From NCBI RefSeq assembly GCF_006345805.1, contig NC_043004.1, forward strand, positions 15,810,001 through 15,874,000: a stretch of 64,000 nt of DNA, given 5' to 3'. Below the pieces are notes generated by a model that worked only from the letters and a program-made list of their open reading frames with translations, searched no databases and was not told where the DNA came from. Source of the stretch: Octopus sinensis (Eukaryota). Made by a program: the position numbers and the translations under genes. Position 1 is the first letter of the stretch, and the number at the start of each line of letters is the position of its first letter. This document shows positions 27,663 through 40,630 of this stretch, in pieces.

Positions 27663-28337
27663 CTCATTTTCTACCAACAATTATCGGTTATCCATATATA
27701 TCAAATTCTTAAATGCCTGTCGTACTACAGTGTACCACACCTACTTTGTTAATGATATTTTTTTTACTGTACATGCAGAAAAGTACAGAGAAATATATGA
27801 ACAATTTGACTAACCCCATATCCTGGCTAATGCATTAAATTACTCAACAATTCTCTTAGAACTTTAGCAACATTTTCTGATTAAAGAATTCTTATAAGCT
27901 TTGAAGCACATATATTTCAGCCACGTTACTGTTTGATGTTTTACATCATAAAAGTTTTATGCAGAAATAATCTTATGCATTAATCCACTGTTTCTATTAT
28001 CCATCATTCGTTTATAATAAGAAATTCTATTCTTTGTATTTGCAAATTGTTCTTCCGCAAATTCCCTTTTCAAAATTGGTTGCTGGAAGGTTTTTAAAAA
28101 TAAAGGTCCCAGGTTTAAATAATTTTATATGTTCTTATATCAATTGTTGCACTTTTCTACATCACCTGAAATTGTAATATGCAAATATATCACCTCTTAC
28201 CCAGCTGTCGGCCATTATTTTACATTCAAAATGATGTAACAGAAAAATTACAAAAGATTGAAAACCAACCGCCCCTCTCCAAGATTCCTAATAATGCATA
28301 TATCGTACATACACAAGAGGACACACATATACTTGAG

Positions 28338-28392
<55 letters not shown>

Positions 28393-28440
28393 TGAACGGC
28401 GCCGATATCCAGTATTGATATATATATATATATATATATA

Positions 28441-28471
<31 letters not shown>

Positions 28472-29454
28472 CGTGTGTGTGTTTTGCGCGCGTGATAATC
28501 TCCAGCACTGAGAACTTTACGTTATTCTGTGCGCGCAGATTCACTTTAGAGCGTTTTTTTTTCTTTTGGTTGAATTGCTATTATATGATTTTTTTAAATT
28601 CTCATATTAAATATGCATATAGAGAATATGCTATCAACATTTGCCTCACAGTTTTCTTTTCGTTTTGCATACATTTCGTTTTACATACATTTTGTTTTAC
28701 ATACATTTCACTATTTCGATAATGAGGTATACGACACGAAATTTACGTATGTTTTAGATTTATTTGAAACTTTATAAAAGAAAATTTAAGCTCGGTTAAT
28801 CGACTTTCAAATGTCAACAAAGTCAACTTCTCAGGAAATGAAAATTAATATATTCCATAAACTGAAATTTGAAATTGCTCGACAAAATTAGCGCACGATT
28901 TTAATATGAAAATAATAAAAAAATCACTTTAAGAACAATTATTAGAAACAGACCAGATTATCTGAGCCACTATAGTGACTAGATTTTCATTAATTTTAAA
29001 AGCTTATCGACACATGGAGTAAAAATTATAGAAGGAATAGCAACACTACGCTTGGCTATGTGGTTAAGAAGTTTGCTTTAAATCACACGGTTTCGTATTC
29101 TAATCCACTGCGTTCAATCCCATATGGGTGGGTATTTTCTGTTTTAGCCCCACGTCGACCAAAAGATTCTAGGTGAATTTGGCACACGGAAACTTAATGA
29201 AGCACGACTCGAATGTAAATACATTAATGTGCGTGTGTTTTTGTGTGTCTATATGTGTGCCTTTGTGTTAGTGTTACTCCCTTCCCAGCTTCACAAATGG
29301 TGCTGTTGTATTTGTGTCCCCGACATAGAGATTTGTCAACTGAGACGCATGAAATAAGCACCAGGTTTAACAAATATAGGACTCGGAACGCATGATCAAA
29401 ATTTCTACAAGGCAGTGCCCTACAATGGATGTAATCAGTTGTGTGAAGCAGGTA

Positions 29455-29512
<58 letters not shown>

Positions 29513-29575
29513 GATAGATCGTTAGCCACTACACACATTTTTTCTCTCCTTGTTTTTCTCATTTTTTCTATGTCC

Positions 29576-29611
29576 CTTTCTGAAGAAGAGCGTAGGCTCG
29601 AAACGTAAAAG
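29576..29611 (+). ncRNA. Minimal type I hammerhead ribozyme motif (family H1), intact core
   Basis: CTTT-CTGAAGA-A-GAGC(GTAG)GCTC-GAAA-CG-T-A-AAAG, with palindromic stem III ACGT. It lies in a (TA)n-flanked repeat at about 29513-29710. Confidence 0.75.
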
Positions 29612-29729
29612 ACTCTTTCTATTCCTAAGCGTTATACTAATACATCTGTTGTACACCACTTTTGTACACCACCTGTCTTCGTCTTTTGTTGGTTTCGTAA
29701 ACTCTCCCTATATATATATATATATATAC

Positions 29730-30300
29730 CTACACATTGTGATCGAATCTTTCGTGTGTTAACATGTACCTCCTTGCGACAATGTTAACGTCATATAATA
29801 AAGAACCCTTGGCCTTACGAGTAGCCTGCAGTGTACACCTCGCTTGGATATTTACCCCTTCCGAATTTCCGATCCTTTTGTTATAATATCACTCTTAATA
29901 ATCTTCTTGATTACGCTAAATTTTAACTTTATATAATAAGACAATATTGTTTGAAAGGATCTTTATAAATTACTTGATTTATCCCTTTCTTAAATAGCTC
30001 AAACCGCCTGATCTTAGTATTTATAAGGCCCTTTGTATAAATAACCCTTCTAAACAAGTACCACTAAGGAACTAAGTATCATGTGGGGAGTAGCAATAAT
30101 AACTTCTTAAACCTATAACCCTTAGTTTTGTTTTTTTGTTGTAAAATATGAATGTTCCATAACTTAGATATCCCTTTAGCTGATACCAGGTATCATTCTT
30201 TTAATGATATTAGCTAAATAAGTAAATATATGATATTTAGTCTAATCTTTTGAATTATTATACATTTTCTATAAATCTTCTCTATTGGTGTTAATAAGCT
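29730..30300 (-). mobile_element. Very decayed LINE RT remnant (related pieces at 30720-30800 and 32170-32290)
   Basis: Minus frames give FKKGINQ (compare KGVRQG) and then KYPSEVYTA / NIRNVKYNNEVCTA (compare INNLRYADD), with weak similarity between the three pieces. Confidence 0.3.
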
Positions 30301-30805
30301 ACATATATTTTATTATGGTTTTAGTGATTAAGCTATTTTTTTCTTTTTCTATGGTGTCCTGCCGTACTTGATTATTTTATTTATTTATTATTTTATAATT
30401 AGCTTGTATATAATTATAAAATTAATCTAATTATTGTACCTCTATAAATTCATACGTAGCTTATTTAAAACTATACTGGTATATTAACTACTTATAAAAA
30501 AAGAGCTTAGTTTATAATTTTATTAATATATATTTAGCATTTTCTTTTATTAATACCAGTATATACCAATTAATCAACATTCACAGAAACCATCTGATGA
30601 GTTAGTGTTTTAGCGTTTTAGCGTATAAATATTAAACTATTTCTGGATAATTTATTTTCCTCCCTCTTTTATGGTAAAAGTTTGGTATATACTCAAAAGT
30701 ATTCAAAAACTTCAATGCTTTTGTTATAATATCCTTCTTAATAATCCTCTGAATAACCCTAAACTTTAACTGTATACAATATAGTAACATTGTTTAAGCT
30801 ATATA

Positions 30806-30970
30806 GGCGCAGGAGTGGCTGTGTGGTAAGTAGCTTGTTTACTAACCACATGGTTCCAGGTTCAATCCCACTGCGTGGCACCTTGGGCAGGTATCTTCTA
30901 CTATAGCCTCGGGCCGACCAAAGCCTTGTGAGTGGATTTGGTAGACGGAAACTGAAAGAAGCCCGTCGTA

Positions 30971-31001
<31 letters not shown>

Positions 31002-31227
31002 GCGTGTATTTGTGTTTGTGTGTCTGTGTTTGTCCCCCTAGCATTGCTTGACAACCGATGCTGGTGTGTTTATGTCCGCGTTACTTAGCGGTTCGGCAAA
31101 ACAGACCAATAGAATAAGTACTGGGCGTACAAAAGTATAAGTCCCGGGGTCGAGTTGCTCGATTAAAGGCGGTGCTCCAGCATGGCTGCAGTCAAATGAC
31201 TAAAACAAGTAAAAGAGTAAAAGAGTA
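30806..31227 (+). mobile_element. SINE family A, full length
   Basis: A-box-like TGGCTGTGTGGT, B-box-like GGTTCAATCCC, CORE-like CACCTTGGGCAG.T.TCTT, internal (TA)n, and a (GTAAAAGA)n tail. Confidence 0.95.
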
Positions 31228-31896
31228 TAGTACTACATGATAAGATTTCCCCTCTTTCATTATGCATGGTCTGCAAGTGTGAGACGCCCTTAATTGTTTG
31301 CTAACATCTTGTTTTAAGTTTTCCTTTACCAAACCTCATGATATTGCTTGTAATAAAGCTTGATTTTTATGACTATACCAACTATGATTTCTGTCTGCTC
31401 CCTCAGCCCTAGCCCTAAAAGAGACTGCCCCTTTCTTCTCGCACCCTTACATATAAAATGATTTGATGAACTAGTCTATAAAATAAAACTGACCCATAAA
31501 AACCAAAAACAATCAGTGATAGGCAGAGTCTGTAACAATGTACATCTTCTTGATACCTTAGTAGCTTCTATGCTAGAGTGAAGGCAGCAAAGTCTTTGTG
31601 TATCTCCTTAACTTCTAGGAGATTTTAGGTATAATTATACTAATGTGTCTATCTGTTTTAATTGAATTAAATTGTATATCTTTGTGCAGCTGAGGATTGC
31701 TCTGTATTTAAATTGATGTAATGATTGCATCGTTCAATTAAATGGAGTTGCATGAAACGATCCTACTGCATTACCTCTGGATATCCGTATTGCTTTTTTT
31801 TATTTTAATCACCTTATTTTGAAATTGTATAGATAATACCGTACTAAATTCTGGTGCCTCACCTTAAGTATCATATTCATCTGAATCTAAATTTAC

Positions 31897-31930
<34 letters not shown>

Positions 31931-32033
31931 AGTAAATCCTCCAAACAAACGAAGAGCAAACACAAAAAACAACAACGCGCGGACGTGGTACATGTAAAGT
32001 ATTAGAGGACGCTCAGGGAAAGAAAGAAAGATG

Positions 32034-32067
32034 GTTCAACGTTTCGAGGAAGGTCTTCTTCAGAAAC
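32034..32067 (-). ncRNA. Hammerhead motif (family H1) with disrupted stem II
   Basis: Minus strand: GTTT-CTGAAGA-A-GACCTTCCTC-GAAA-CG-T-T-GAAC. The host repeat at about 31930-32140 is homologous to 26400-26610. Confidence 0.55.
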
Positions 32068-32437
32068 AGAGGAAAGACCTATAGAAAAGGAAGAGGGAGG
32101 AAAAAATCGCCAACGATCCACATGTAGTTACCTTTTGAAATATATGCATATATATATATATATATACACTCTCCATTCAGACCGTGCACTCTACGCATTC
32201 TTATCGAATCTCCTGTGTCTCCTAATGACGATGTAATCTTCGTTACCCTGCAGTACACACCTCATTGTTATATTTAACATTTCTGATGTTCACCTCACTA
32301 TGAGACATATGTAGCTCGGACTTGATCTACTCCTTAACTCATTTCTTCACTCTTTTCTTCATTCTTTTCTTGGCTACCATGAAATATAAAATCTTTTTTT
32401 TTTTTTCATCTTATTGTAATTCGATAAGGAAATAATC

Positions 32438-32473
32438 CAAAAGCTTTCGCCCCGATAAAACAACTCTCAGTTG
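32438..32473 (-). ncRNA. Possible decayed hammerhead motif
   Basis: Minus strand: CAA-CTGA(-)GA-G...C-GAAA-GC-T-T-TTG. Stem I and palindrome AGCT fit, but N7 is missing and stem II is weak. Confidence 0.3.
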
Positions 32474-33084
32474 TCGTTTTGTCGATTTTCTACAGATTGC
32501 TTGAAGCTCACCTTTTCCCTACACCTCGATCTTTGGATTTTACCGATCCTATTTTCAAACGATATTTAGACACATGTCTATATGTTTTTGAGAATTGCGT
32601 GCATGCTCCAATTATATTCTATAAATTTTTAAATATGTATTTATATTCACATATTTTTATTTCTTATACAATATATTTCATATGCATCTTATCCTATTGG
32701 TATTAGCATACTTAATTTTAATAATGTTGCCACATTTTCCATAAAAATCGTATATGTGTTTTTGTATTTTAACCCGATGTGTAGCACACTTCTATTTCTA
32801 TTTCTTTATGTTCTTATTTCAAAGCATCGCAACATCAAAGTGTAATATTCAAGGAATTTTTTACGGTAGAATTCTTGAAATTATTGTTCTATTTTACTAC
32901 CACATATAATTTTTGTCTCATTTTCTATTACCCAACATTCGTTCTTTCATGTCTTCTTTCTAAATATTCATTATATATTTTGTCACATTTTGGCAATTTT
33001 GGGGAAATGGGTAAGTCAATTACATCTGCTTACGTTCTTGAAACAAGGCCCTGTTAATTAAGGATAGCTTAACAGACAGGCCGA

Positions 33085-33089
33085 CAGAC

Positions 33090-33146
<57 letters not shown>

Positions 33147-33159
33147 TACAGACAGGCAC

Positions 33160-33194
<35 letters not shown>

Positions 33195-33207
33195 TACAGA
33201 CAGACAC

Positions 33208-33253
<46 letters not shown>
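33085..33253. repeat. (GATA)n compound microsatellite
   Basis: Direct reading. Confidence 0.95.
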
Positions 33254-33256
<3 letters not shown>

Positions 33257-34329
33257 CCCGGTAACATCTGATAATTAGCTACATGAAGCGGTCAAAAACT
33301 ATTAGGACGGACCTCATCCAAACATAAGCTAATTCACAATTCCATCATTCCAAAAATAACAAATGATATCCTGGTTTGTATTCTGCTGGTCCTTATCTTG
33401 ACCATACTCAAACCTGGTCCAAAACGGCAACAGGAGACCCAAGAATTGAAACAAGCTGACCCCTTCAGCAACACTATCAAGCAACTTTGTTTAACTATTC
33501 TTAAGCATGGGGTTTCAAGAAAGCATGTAGACGACCAACCGCTCACAGGATAAAAGTCATTGATGATAACGTTGGAGATTAAACAAACAAATGCAAAAGC
33601 ACGCAGTGAAATATTAATTACTGCTTATACGCAGTTGCTTTTTCTCTGACGGAATACATTGGCTATGTTTACAGGCGCAAAGTGATGTAAAAAAATATAT
33701 CATAAGCAACCTAGGTGATCACAGATCCAGAACTGAGTAAAAGTGTTTTACCCCACAGACTAGGGTGTGTAAATGCGAGTATAAGCTGCAAAAGATATAA
33801 TTTCACAGCACTCATACAACTGCGAACAGTTCCGGAAATCTGACATTATTAAAATTAAGTATGCTAAAACGAATAAGATAAAATATATATAATCTGAACA
33901 GGAAAAGATACATATAACCAAGACTGAAAAACTCCACTATGGTGTAAGTGGTTGCAGGAAGTCGGTATCAATCGCAGCTTAACTTTAACCCACATGCATG
34001 GAAACCACCCGTTGAGCAGACAGAAAAAAACCTCGCTCGATCTCAATTTTCTGTAGAAATGTAGGAAAAATATTGTCGTATGAAACTATCCGTTTTGAAG
34101 ATATAAATTCATTCTAGTCGAAGATCTGGAACGAACGAAGGTAATTTTTTATTAGAATGTAATATGATTTTACTGAGAATAGCAAGAATATCATACCAAT
34201 ATTTGAAGTAAAATCTATACGATTGACATTGAAACAGTTACTGATTAGGGAAAGCTACATGATAGGAACAGACCAAGAATCTGCACAATTAGCAACTGAT
34301 ACAGGATATTGGTTTCAAATTACGGCAGA

Positions 34330-34520
34330 AAGACAGCAAGGTCATGGGAGGGGTTAATTCGATCACATCGATCCATGTACACAATTGGTGTTTATTATAT
34401 CGATCACGAAAGAATGATAGACAAAGTCGACCCCGGCGGCATTTCAATTCAGAATGTAAAGATGGGCGAAATGCTACTGGGCACTTTGCCTGGCGCGGTA
34501 ACAAATCCTCCAGGTCACTG
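34330..34520 (-). mobile_element. SINE family B, diverged
   Basis: GACAAAGTCGACCCCGGCGGCATTTCAATTCAGAATGTAA matches the family B core in reverse. Confidence 0.75.
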
Positions 34521-34604
34521 TCTTGAAACTGGGACAAGATTTTGAGATTTCAGAGAAAGTTACTTATAGGCGTAGGGCTGGCTGTGTGGTAAGTAGCTTG
34601 CTTA

Positions 34605-36412
34605 CTTTCTTCAGCAAGTTAGTTACTTCAGTTCAGCAAGTTAGTTCACTTGCTGAAGTGATCAAGGGAAGACGTGTAGCTATTTAGCTCCGTGTTTGAG
34701 AAAAAAGGTCGCCTTCAAGGTAAGCGATTTTGGTTTTTCTAAGCTGGGTAGAATTATTGTGTCTTACTTTTATTACAGTATATTCTGCCCAGCTCTGGGG
34801 CATTTTCGCTTACTCTTGGTGGTGTTGTGATTGAGCTTGTTAACAATCAAGTGAAGAACTACAAAGTGAATTATTTTCACTACAATTATTTTTGAAAAAA
34901 AAATGGTGCTTGCAAGCTGTGCGTGGTTTTGAACCCGGAAACGTTGGAAGTACTTTACCAAGAGGATTATCAAGAGATTTGAAGGCTGCAAGGGGGTTAA
35001 TAGTACTGTGTAGCTCGAAAATTGCATTTTTTCTGCCGTGGTGAATTGTATGATATTTATTTATTTTTCTGAACTGCTGTCTTCTCTTTCCTTTTGCTGA
35101 ACAATTTTATTTGGACTAGTATTTTATTTCTTCCAGTTTTAGATGAACTGTGTTTTCATTTTTATTTGTGTTCAAGACTTTTTTTTTTTTTGAGTGACAT
35201 TTTTCTTTGAACTGTTTGATCGACATGGCAGATATAAATGATAAAAAATAAGACCACTGCTTTGTAGTGGGAGATTGTCCCACCCAAGCACTGGCTTGGA
35301 CACCTTGAGACGAGAACGGTGGTATTACGGACCTATTCTAGGTAACGTAATGCCATCACCCTCTTCGACAAGGACATCATTGAAGAAGAACTGGCAAAGT
35401 GTTTGCCAGCCCAAAATTATTATGTAAACAGGGGTGACAAATACGCCACGGTGTGACTGCTTTTTGACACCCCTAAAGAGGCTTGCACTATGACAGGCCA
35501 GCTTCTTGAAGGGGAGGAGATTTGTTTCTTCCTACATATCGTGGGAAGAAGGTAATAAGGGCTTCGGTATGTGGTCTGCCCCCGGGCACTGAAGCAGGGT
35601 AGATTACAGATACCATACGGCGGGGCCTCTGGGATAACGGGCCCAGGCTCTTAAATGTTGAAGTAAAGCCTGCGGTCGACTGGGAGGTTGCAAAGGCGAT
35701 TTTGACCCTGTAGACCCCAGTGGCTTTAGGTGAAATGACCTTTCCGGACTTCTTAAGAATGGCTGGCTCAAGATATCCAGTGATACTTGAGGGTTACCCC
35801 CCCCCAAGTGTCACTCGTGCCTGGAGTCAGGCCACATTAAGAAGGACTGCCCCCGAGCCGTGGTAAGGTCCCGAAGCAGGGAAAGGGGAAGGTGCCTTCC
35901 GCTCTCCCATTGCAGGGAGAGCTGGTTGAGGCCCCTCCCCGTGAGAAAGAGGTGGAACTTTTCTTTTGTACCTCAGGGATGGGGCTGTTGAGATGTATTT
36001 GGACAGTCTTCTAGACCGAGAACGATATGACTCAGTCTGTATAGACTGTCCATGCTGGCCTCCACAGGAGGCTGCATAGAGTGTTACCCAGGAAGAACTG
36101 ATTAAGGTCAGGAGGAACTGCAATAATGAGGATTTTGTGTCCCTCCGTCCGGGTCTGCCAATGCAAGTAAGGGAAACTTAGTTGGGGGCCCGGACGAGCA
36201 AGATTAAGAACAAATGAATTTTTGTTTTAAATTTTAAATTCTTATTCTTGAATTTTAAATAGAACAGTGTTTTCGATGGGTTATTGGTCCGTGGGAGCCA
36301 GAACCTTTCCCATTTTTATTCATTTTTGTCGTTATCATCCTCATCACATTAATGTCTTTGTCCAGCCCGCAGCTACTCTGTATATTGCCCTTGTGACAAA
36401 CTATGCGAATAA
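34605..36412 (+). mobile_element. ORF1-only (half-L1-like) L1/Tx1-type non-LTR element with a 14-bp target-site duplication
   Basis: TSD AAGTAGCTTGCTTA at 34591-34604 and 36413-36426, AATAAA at the 3' junction, a 5' UTR of about 620 bp, a broken gag-like ORF and no EN or RT sequence. Confidence 0.75.
35225..36150 (+). pseudogene. Disrupted gag-like ORF1 with CCHC zinc knuckle
   Basis: Broken frames read RTVVLRTYS..YVNRGDKYATV..PTYRGKKVIRASVCGLPP..VILEGYPPKCHSCLESGHIKKDCP. CX2CX4HX4C is at 35809-35850. There are several stops and frameshifts. Confidence 0.75.
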
Positions 36413-37189
36413 AAGTAGCTTGCTTAGGAACCATATGGTTCCGGGTTCAATCCCACCGCGTGGCAAATTGGGCTTGTGTCTTAAACTATAGCCTCTGGCC
36501 GACCAAAGCTTTGTCAGTGAATTTGGTAGAAGGAAACTGAAAGAAGCCCGTCGTGTATATGTATATGTATATGTGTGTGTGTGTGCGTGTATGTTTTTGT
36601 GTCTGTGCCCCCCCCCCAACATCGCTTGACAACCAATGATGGTGTGTTTACGTCCCCGTAACTTAGCAGTTCGACAAAAGAGAACGATAGAATAAGTACT
36701 AGGAAACAAGTAACAGAGTAAAAAAGAGTAGAGTATACATGAGTTTCAAAAACTATGAAAAGTTAGGTAAACGTTACGTATTAGTTTGTTGTATCACAAT
36801 CGAACCGTGAGGCTCAGAAAGAAACAACTGGGGTTTTTTTCGTGTCTACTTTTTAAACAAATATAGGCCTACAGTCTGCCTTAAAATTATCTACAAAGTG
36901 TACACAAGCTGGTTGAATCAATTCTTTCATGGCCCCTTTATATTCTAAGGACGTAATCGTTGGTAAGAAGGAGAATAGAAAAGAGGAAGCTGCGCTGCTT
37001 TAAAAAAAGACCTGAAGAAAACATGTGAGAGAATGGATTGATTGCAAAGTACATCTATGCACGAATTTTCTCAGGTTCATAATGTGAATTTGTTTTTGCT
37101 ATGCGTGTAGCAACGATTGAGCTTTGTACCTTTGTTAGAAACTAGCTCCGTTCTTACTGGGAGACTTCAAATAAAGAAAAATAGAAGAT

Positions 37190-37810
37190 AAAATGCACAA
37201 ACACAAACACACACACAAACACACACACACACACACATACACTCACACACATTCTATATACCTGTGTACATATATACATGTATACATACACTCATATATA
37301 CATATATATATATGTACAAACATGTATACTTATGTACGTACATACGTACATTCATACATACTTACATACATACATGCGTACATACATACATGCATGCATG
37401 CATACATACATACATACATACATACATACATACATACATACATACATACATACATACATACATACATACATACATACACATGATATAGCTTCCCTTTATC
37501 AGAGGGCTATGTTTAAAAGCAATTTGTGAAATTCAATTGGTCAAATGGAATGATTTGATTTTCTGCAAGTTTCCCATTCCTTATGGAGGCAAACTTTCAA
37601 ATTTTACTGGAAGGTAAGCAGATTATATTTTAGCAATTTGCATAACATGACTTCACCTTTTCATAACATAAAATGTTAAAAATAGCGGTTCAATTTACAA
37701 TTTTTTCCGGCTATGTTTCTAAATATTATATTAATTCGGAAAACTAGGAAAACACAACGCGTTGGAATGAGATTACATGCATATGTGTGTGTGAGCCTAT
37801 TTCTCTCTGG

Positions 37811-37849
<39 letters not shown>

Positions 37850-37953
37850 TATGTATGTATATACATAAACATGCATATATTTATATATATATGTATATAT
37901 ATACATACATACATATATATATACATATGTATAAGTATATGTATATATGTATA

Positions 37954-38025
<72 letters not shown>

Positions 38026-38130
38026 CATATATATACGTATATGTATATATATATATAAACTTGTATATGTATCTACATATATATATGCACGTATATGAGT
38101 GTGCGTGTATATATAGATATATTCATGTGA
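37190..38130. repeat. (CA)n, (TACA)n and (TA)n microsatellite cluster
   Basis: Direct reading. Confidence 0.9.
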
Positions 38131-39204
38131 TAACGTGTTAGGTTTCCAACTTCACAACTTAATAAAATATATACAAATATAATATTTTAGAGCGTATACC
38201 TAACCCCTATTTTCAATCATTTAACTTACGTAAGCGCAAAATCATATTATCGAAATATAATTTGCTAAAACATAATTTGCTTTTCTCTAAGTAAAATTTT
38301 TAAAATTGTCTCTGAATGGATTAAGTTTGTAATAGAAAATTGAGGAATTCTATGTAACTAATTGAATTCCATGACTTGGTTTTAAACATAGATATCTAAA
38401 GAAAGGAAACTGTAACCTTTTATAATCTTACATACTGAAAAAATGTATCTAGAACCTTCGTTGATTTTCGTAGCCCCACTTATTAGTCAAAATTTTCAAT
38501 TGAAATTATTTGATATGTATTCAGTTTGCTGCTATTTATCTAATTTATGGTGAAACGATACAATGTGGGTTTATGAAACAGATTATGATTAATCTCTACG
38601 TAACAATATAATACGATATTCAGCTGTAAAATAACGATATTCAGCTTTAAAATTTCTGCGCATCATTTAACAATTGCTGCTTATATTCACTTTGGCAATG
38701 CGTGCCCTAAAGAATGCTAACATGTAACAGAGTTTTGCTTATAAGGAAATATCGATTTCAGGTTTGGGCCGCTTACACTGGTATTCCGTTGAATTACTTT
38801 AGCCTTTATAGATTAGAAAATGTGTGATGTTAAATAAAAATATTCCTCCTTCACCTCTTTTCAGATACGCTGATTTTGGTTTTTGCTTACAGTCATTACA
38901 AGTTAATACACACTGTTTATCATTGTGTTCCACTATTACACTCGTCTAAGTTACATGAATTCAGGCTAACGCCATCAATCGCTGTTAATCAGACGTAATC
39001 GATAAATCCTCGGAAATATGCCTTGCATTATTTGATCTCTCGTTTCTGACTTTTGATTCAACAGAGATCAACTTCGGATTTCATTCTCCTCGTGTCGATA
39101 AAATAAAGTACTTGTCAAGTACTGCGAGGGGACAACTAGTTCACTCACATTGAATTTACAGGCCTCTCTAGACGCCATCTGCCCGGTCATATATTTCTGA
39201 TAAT

Positions 39205-40089
39205 TTTCCAGAGTTCCTGAGCAAAATCTCTTCGGGCTAGTTGATTCTAAATAGCCTTCGAAATAGCCACTCTACGCAGCAATACACCGGTCCCAGCGTT
39301 CCTGCCACTTTTGAAATTCGATCTGGAAGTCGTTATCCGTAAGTGAGTCTCGAATTTTCTGTGATTCGCACTGGGTCTCAACAATGGTGTTAAAACAGCG
39401 ACCTTTGAGTTGCAGATTCATTTTGGTGAAGAGATGGAATTCCGCAGGCGAAAAGGACGACTTCAGAAGCGATAGCATGGTTTTGGTGAGAAACTCATGA
39501 GTGAAGACAGCTCAGTGATGGAGAGCATCGTCGTCGTAAAGAATCCAAGTCCGCGTTCCAAAGATCTCGTCGCTTTCACCGAATGTCCCTCCTGAAACAC
39601 TTTAAAACGTTGCAGTAGAAATCTCGATTACGGTGTAAACCTAGTGGTGGTGCTGGTGGTGGTGGGGAAATTCGTGATGCACAATGCAACATTGCCAGGA
39701 CGAACACTCGCAGCAGATTCTTCCAGGTCAATCATTGTCCTCCAGTGATGTTCTTCCGCCCCTGAAGCGCTTGTGTCACTCGAAATGCCATTCAAAACAT
39801 TGCGTACGACCCATTGCTTCGTAGCCGTATGTTTGCTGAAGTAGGCTCAATGTCTCTGTGGCAGTATATTGCTGTTTCACGTTGGCTCTCTGTTCCTGTC
39901 CACGACAAAATTGCTGTCTAAGACATGCACGCGATCGCAAAATCTCAGATCTCACAACTTACGAAGTAAACACGTGAATTTCACTCGGCACACTACCTCA
40001 TGAAGGTCAGGGCTTGTTCTCAATGCGCGTGCTGCCATGTATTGGCTCGCAACAGAACTAGTCCGAAACCTGCTTGATACCACCTCGTA
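39205..40089 (-). mobile_element. Decayed mariner (Tc1/mariner) element
   Basis: Minus ORF FSPAEFHLFTKMNLQLKGRCFNT..FQKWQERWDRCIAA is a mariner transposase C-terminus. A TIR-like end (GAACTAGTCCGAAACC..CCACCTCGTA, followed by TA) is at 40056-40089. The left TIR is degenerate. Confidence 0.8.
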
Positions 40090-40545
40090 TATTTCAGAAA
40101 CAGCACTCACATTGATACTCCTATCAAAGGCGGAATAATTGATGCAGGCATCTATGAGACATCGATCATTCTAATTTTTTGGATGTTGATCATAAATCTA
40201 TTGTCCTATGAACTTTAGGCAAGCAGCTTGGCTTCTGAAATGACCCAATTTAAGTCATATTTTAAATCATAAGTTAGTCACAGAAAATGCGTTGCGGTTT
40301 TCGTCAGCCCACTTATGTTCCTTTGTTTACAACCTGCTTAAGGTAGACTTGCCTTTTAATCCTTCTTAGTACTGGAGACAGCAATATCGACGATACCCTA
40401 TCCTCTCCAAATTGCTACCAGTACGTACTACAAGTAGATATCTTCAAGTCCGTGAGAGTTGCATTTCATTTTTTTCTGGCACATTCAAATAAAATACCAG
40501 TCAAGTATTGAGATCTTTGGGTCTAACTAAGAAACGATCAATATC

Positions 40546-40587
40546 ATCATCACCACCACCACCACAACCACCACCACCACCACCACC

Positions 40588-40620
<33 letters not shown>

Positions 40621-40630
40621 GTCATCCCCA
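40546..40630. repeat. (CAC)n/(CAT)n trinucleotide repeat
   Basis: Direct reading. Confidence 0.95.

Larger units (their letters stand above)
34569..36735 (+). mobile_element. SINE family A split by a 1.8-kb insertion (SINE parts 34569-34604 and 36413-36735)
   Basis: The head GGCGTAGGGCTGGCTGTGTGGTAAGTAGCTTGCTTA stops at 34604. The SINE resumes with AAGTAGCTTGCTTAGGAACCATATGGTTCCGGGTTCAATCCC at 36413. Confidence 0.9.

Noticed and set aside
29880-30800. Diverged direct repeat about 840 bp apart as a novel LTR pair
   Set aside because: Both pieces translate as the same region of a decayed LINE RT, and there are no TG..CA ends, PBS or PPT.
30806-30875. tRNA-like A and B boxes in SINE heads
   Set aside because: They are tRNA-derived SINE promoters without a full cloverleaf, not tRNA genes.
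31230-31400. Minus-frame NLKQDVSKQLRASHTC, similar to a gypsy integrase zinc finger
   Set aside because: It is a single short match without the His residues or a catalytic core.
33330-33560. K*YPGLYSAGPYLDHTQ...NYS*AWGFKK, resembling the RYPYF.RT.P.D..Q segment
   Set aside because: It has three stops, no phase-compatible acceptor and weak identity.
33902-33943. 42-nt candidate exon EKIHITKTEKLHYG with a gtaagt donor
   Set aside because: The acceptor lacks a pyrimidine tract, it is too short to assess, and its phase does not follow the 23801 exon.
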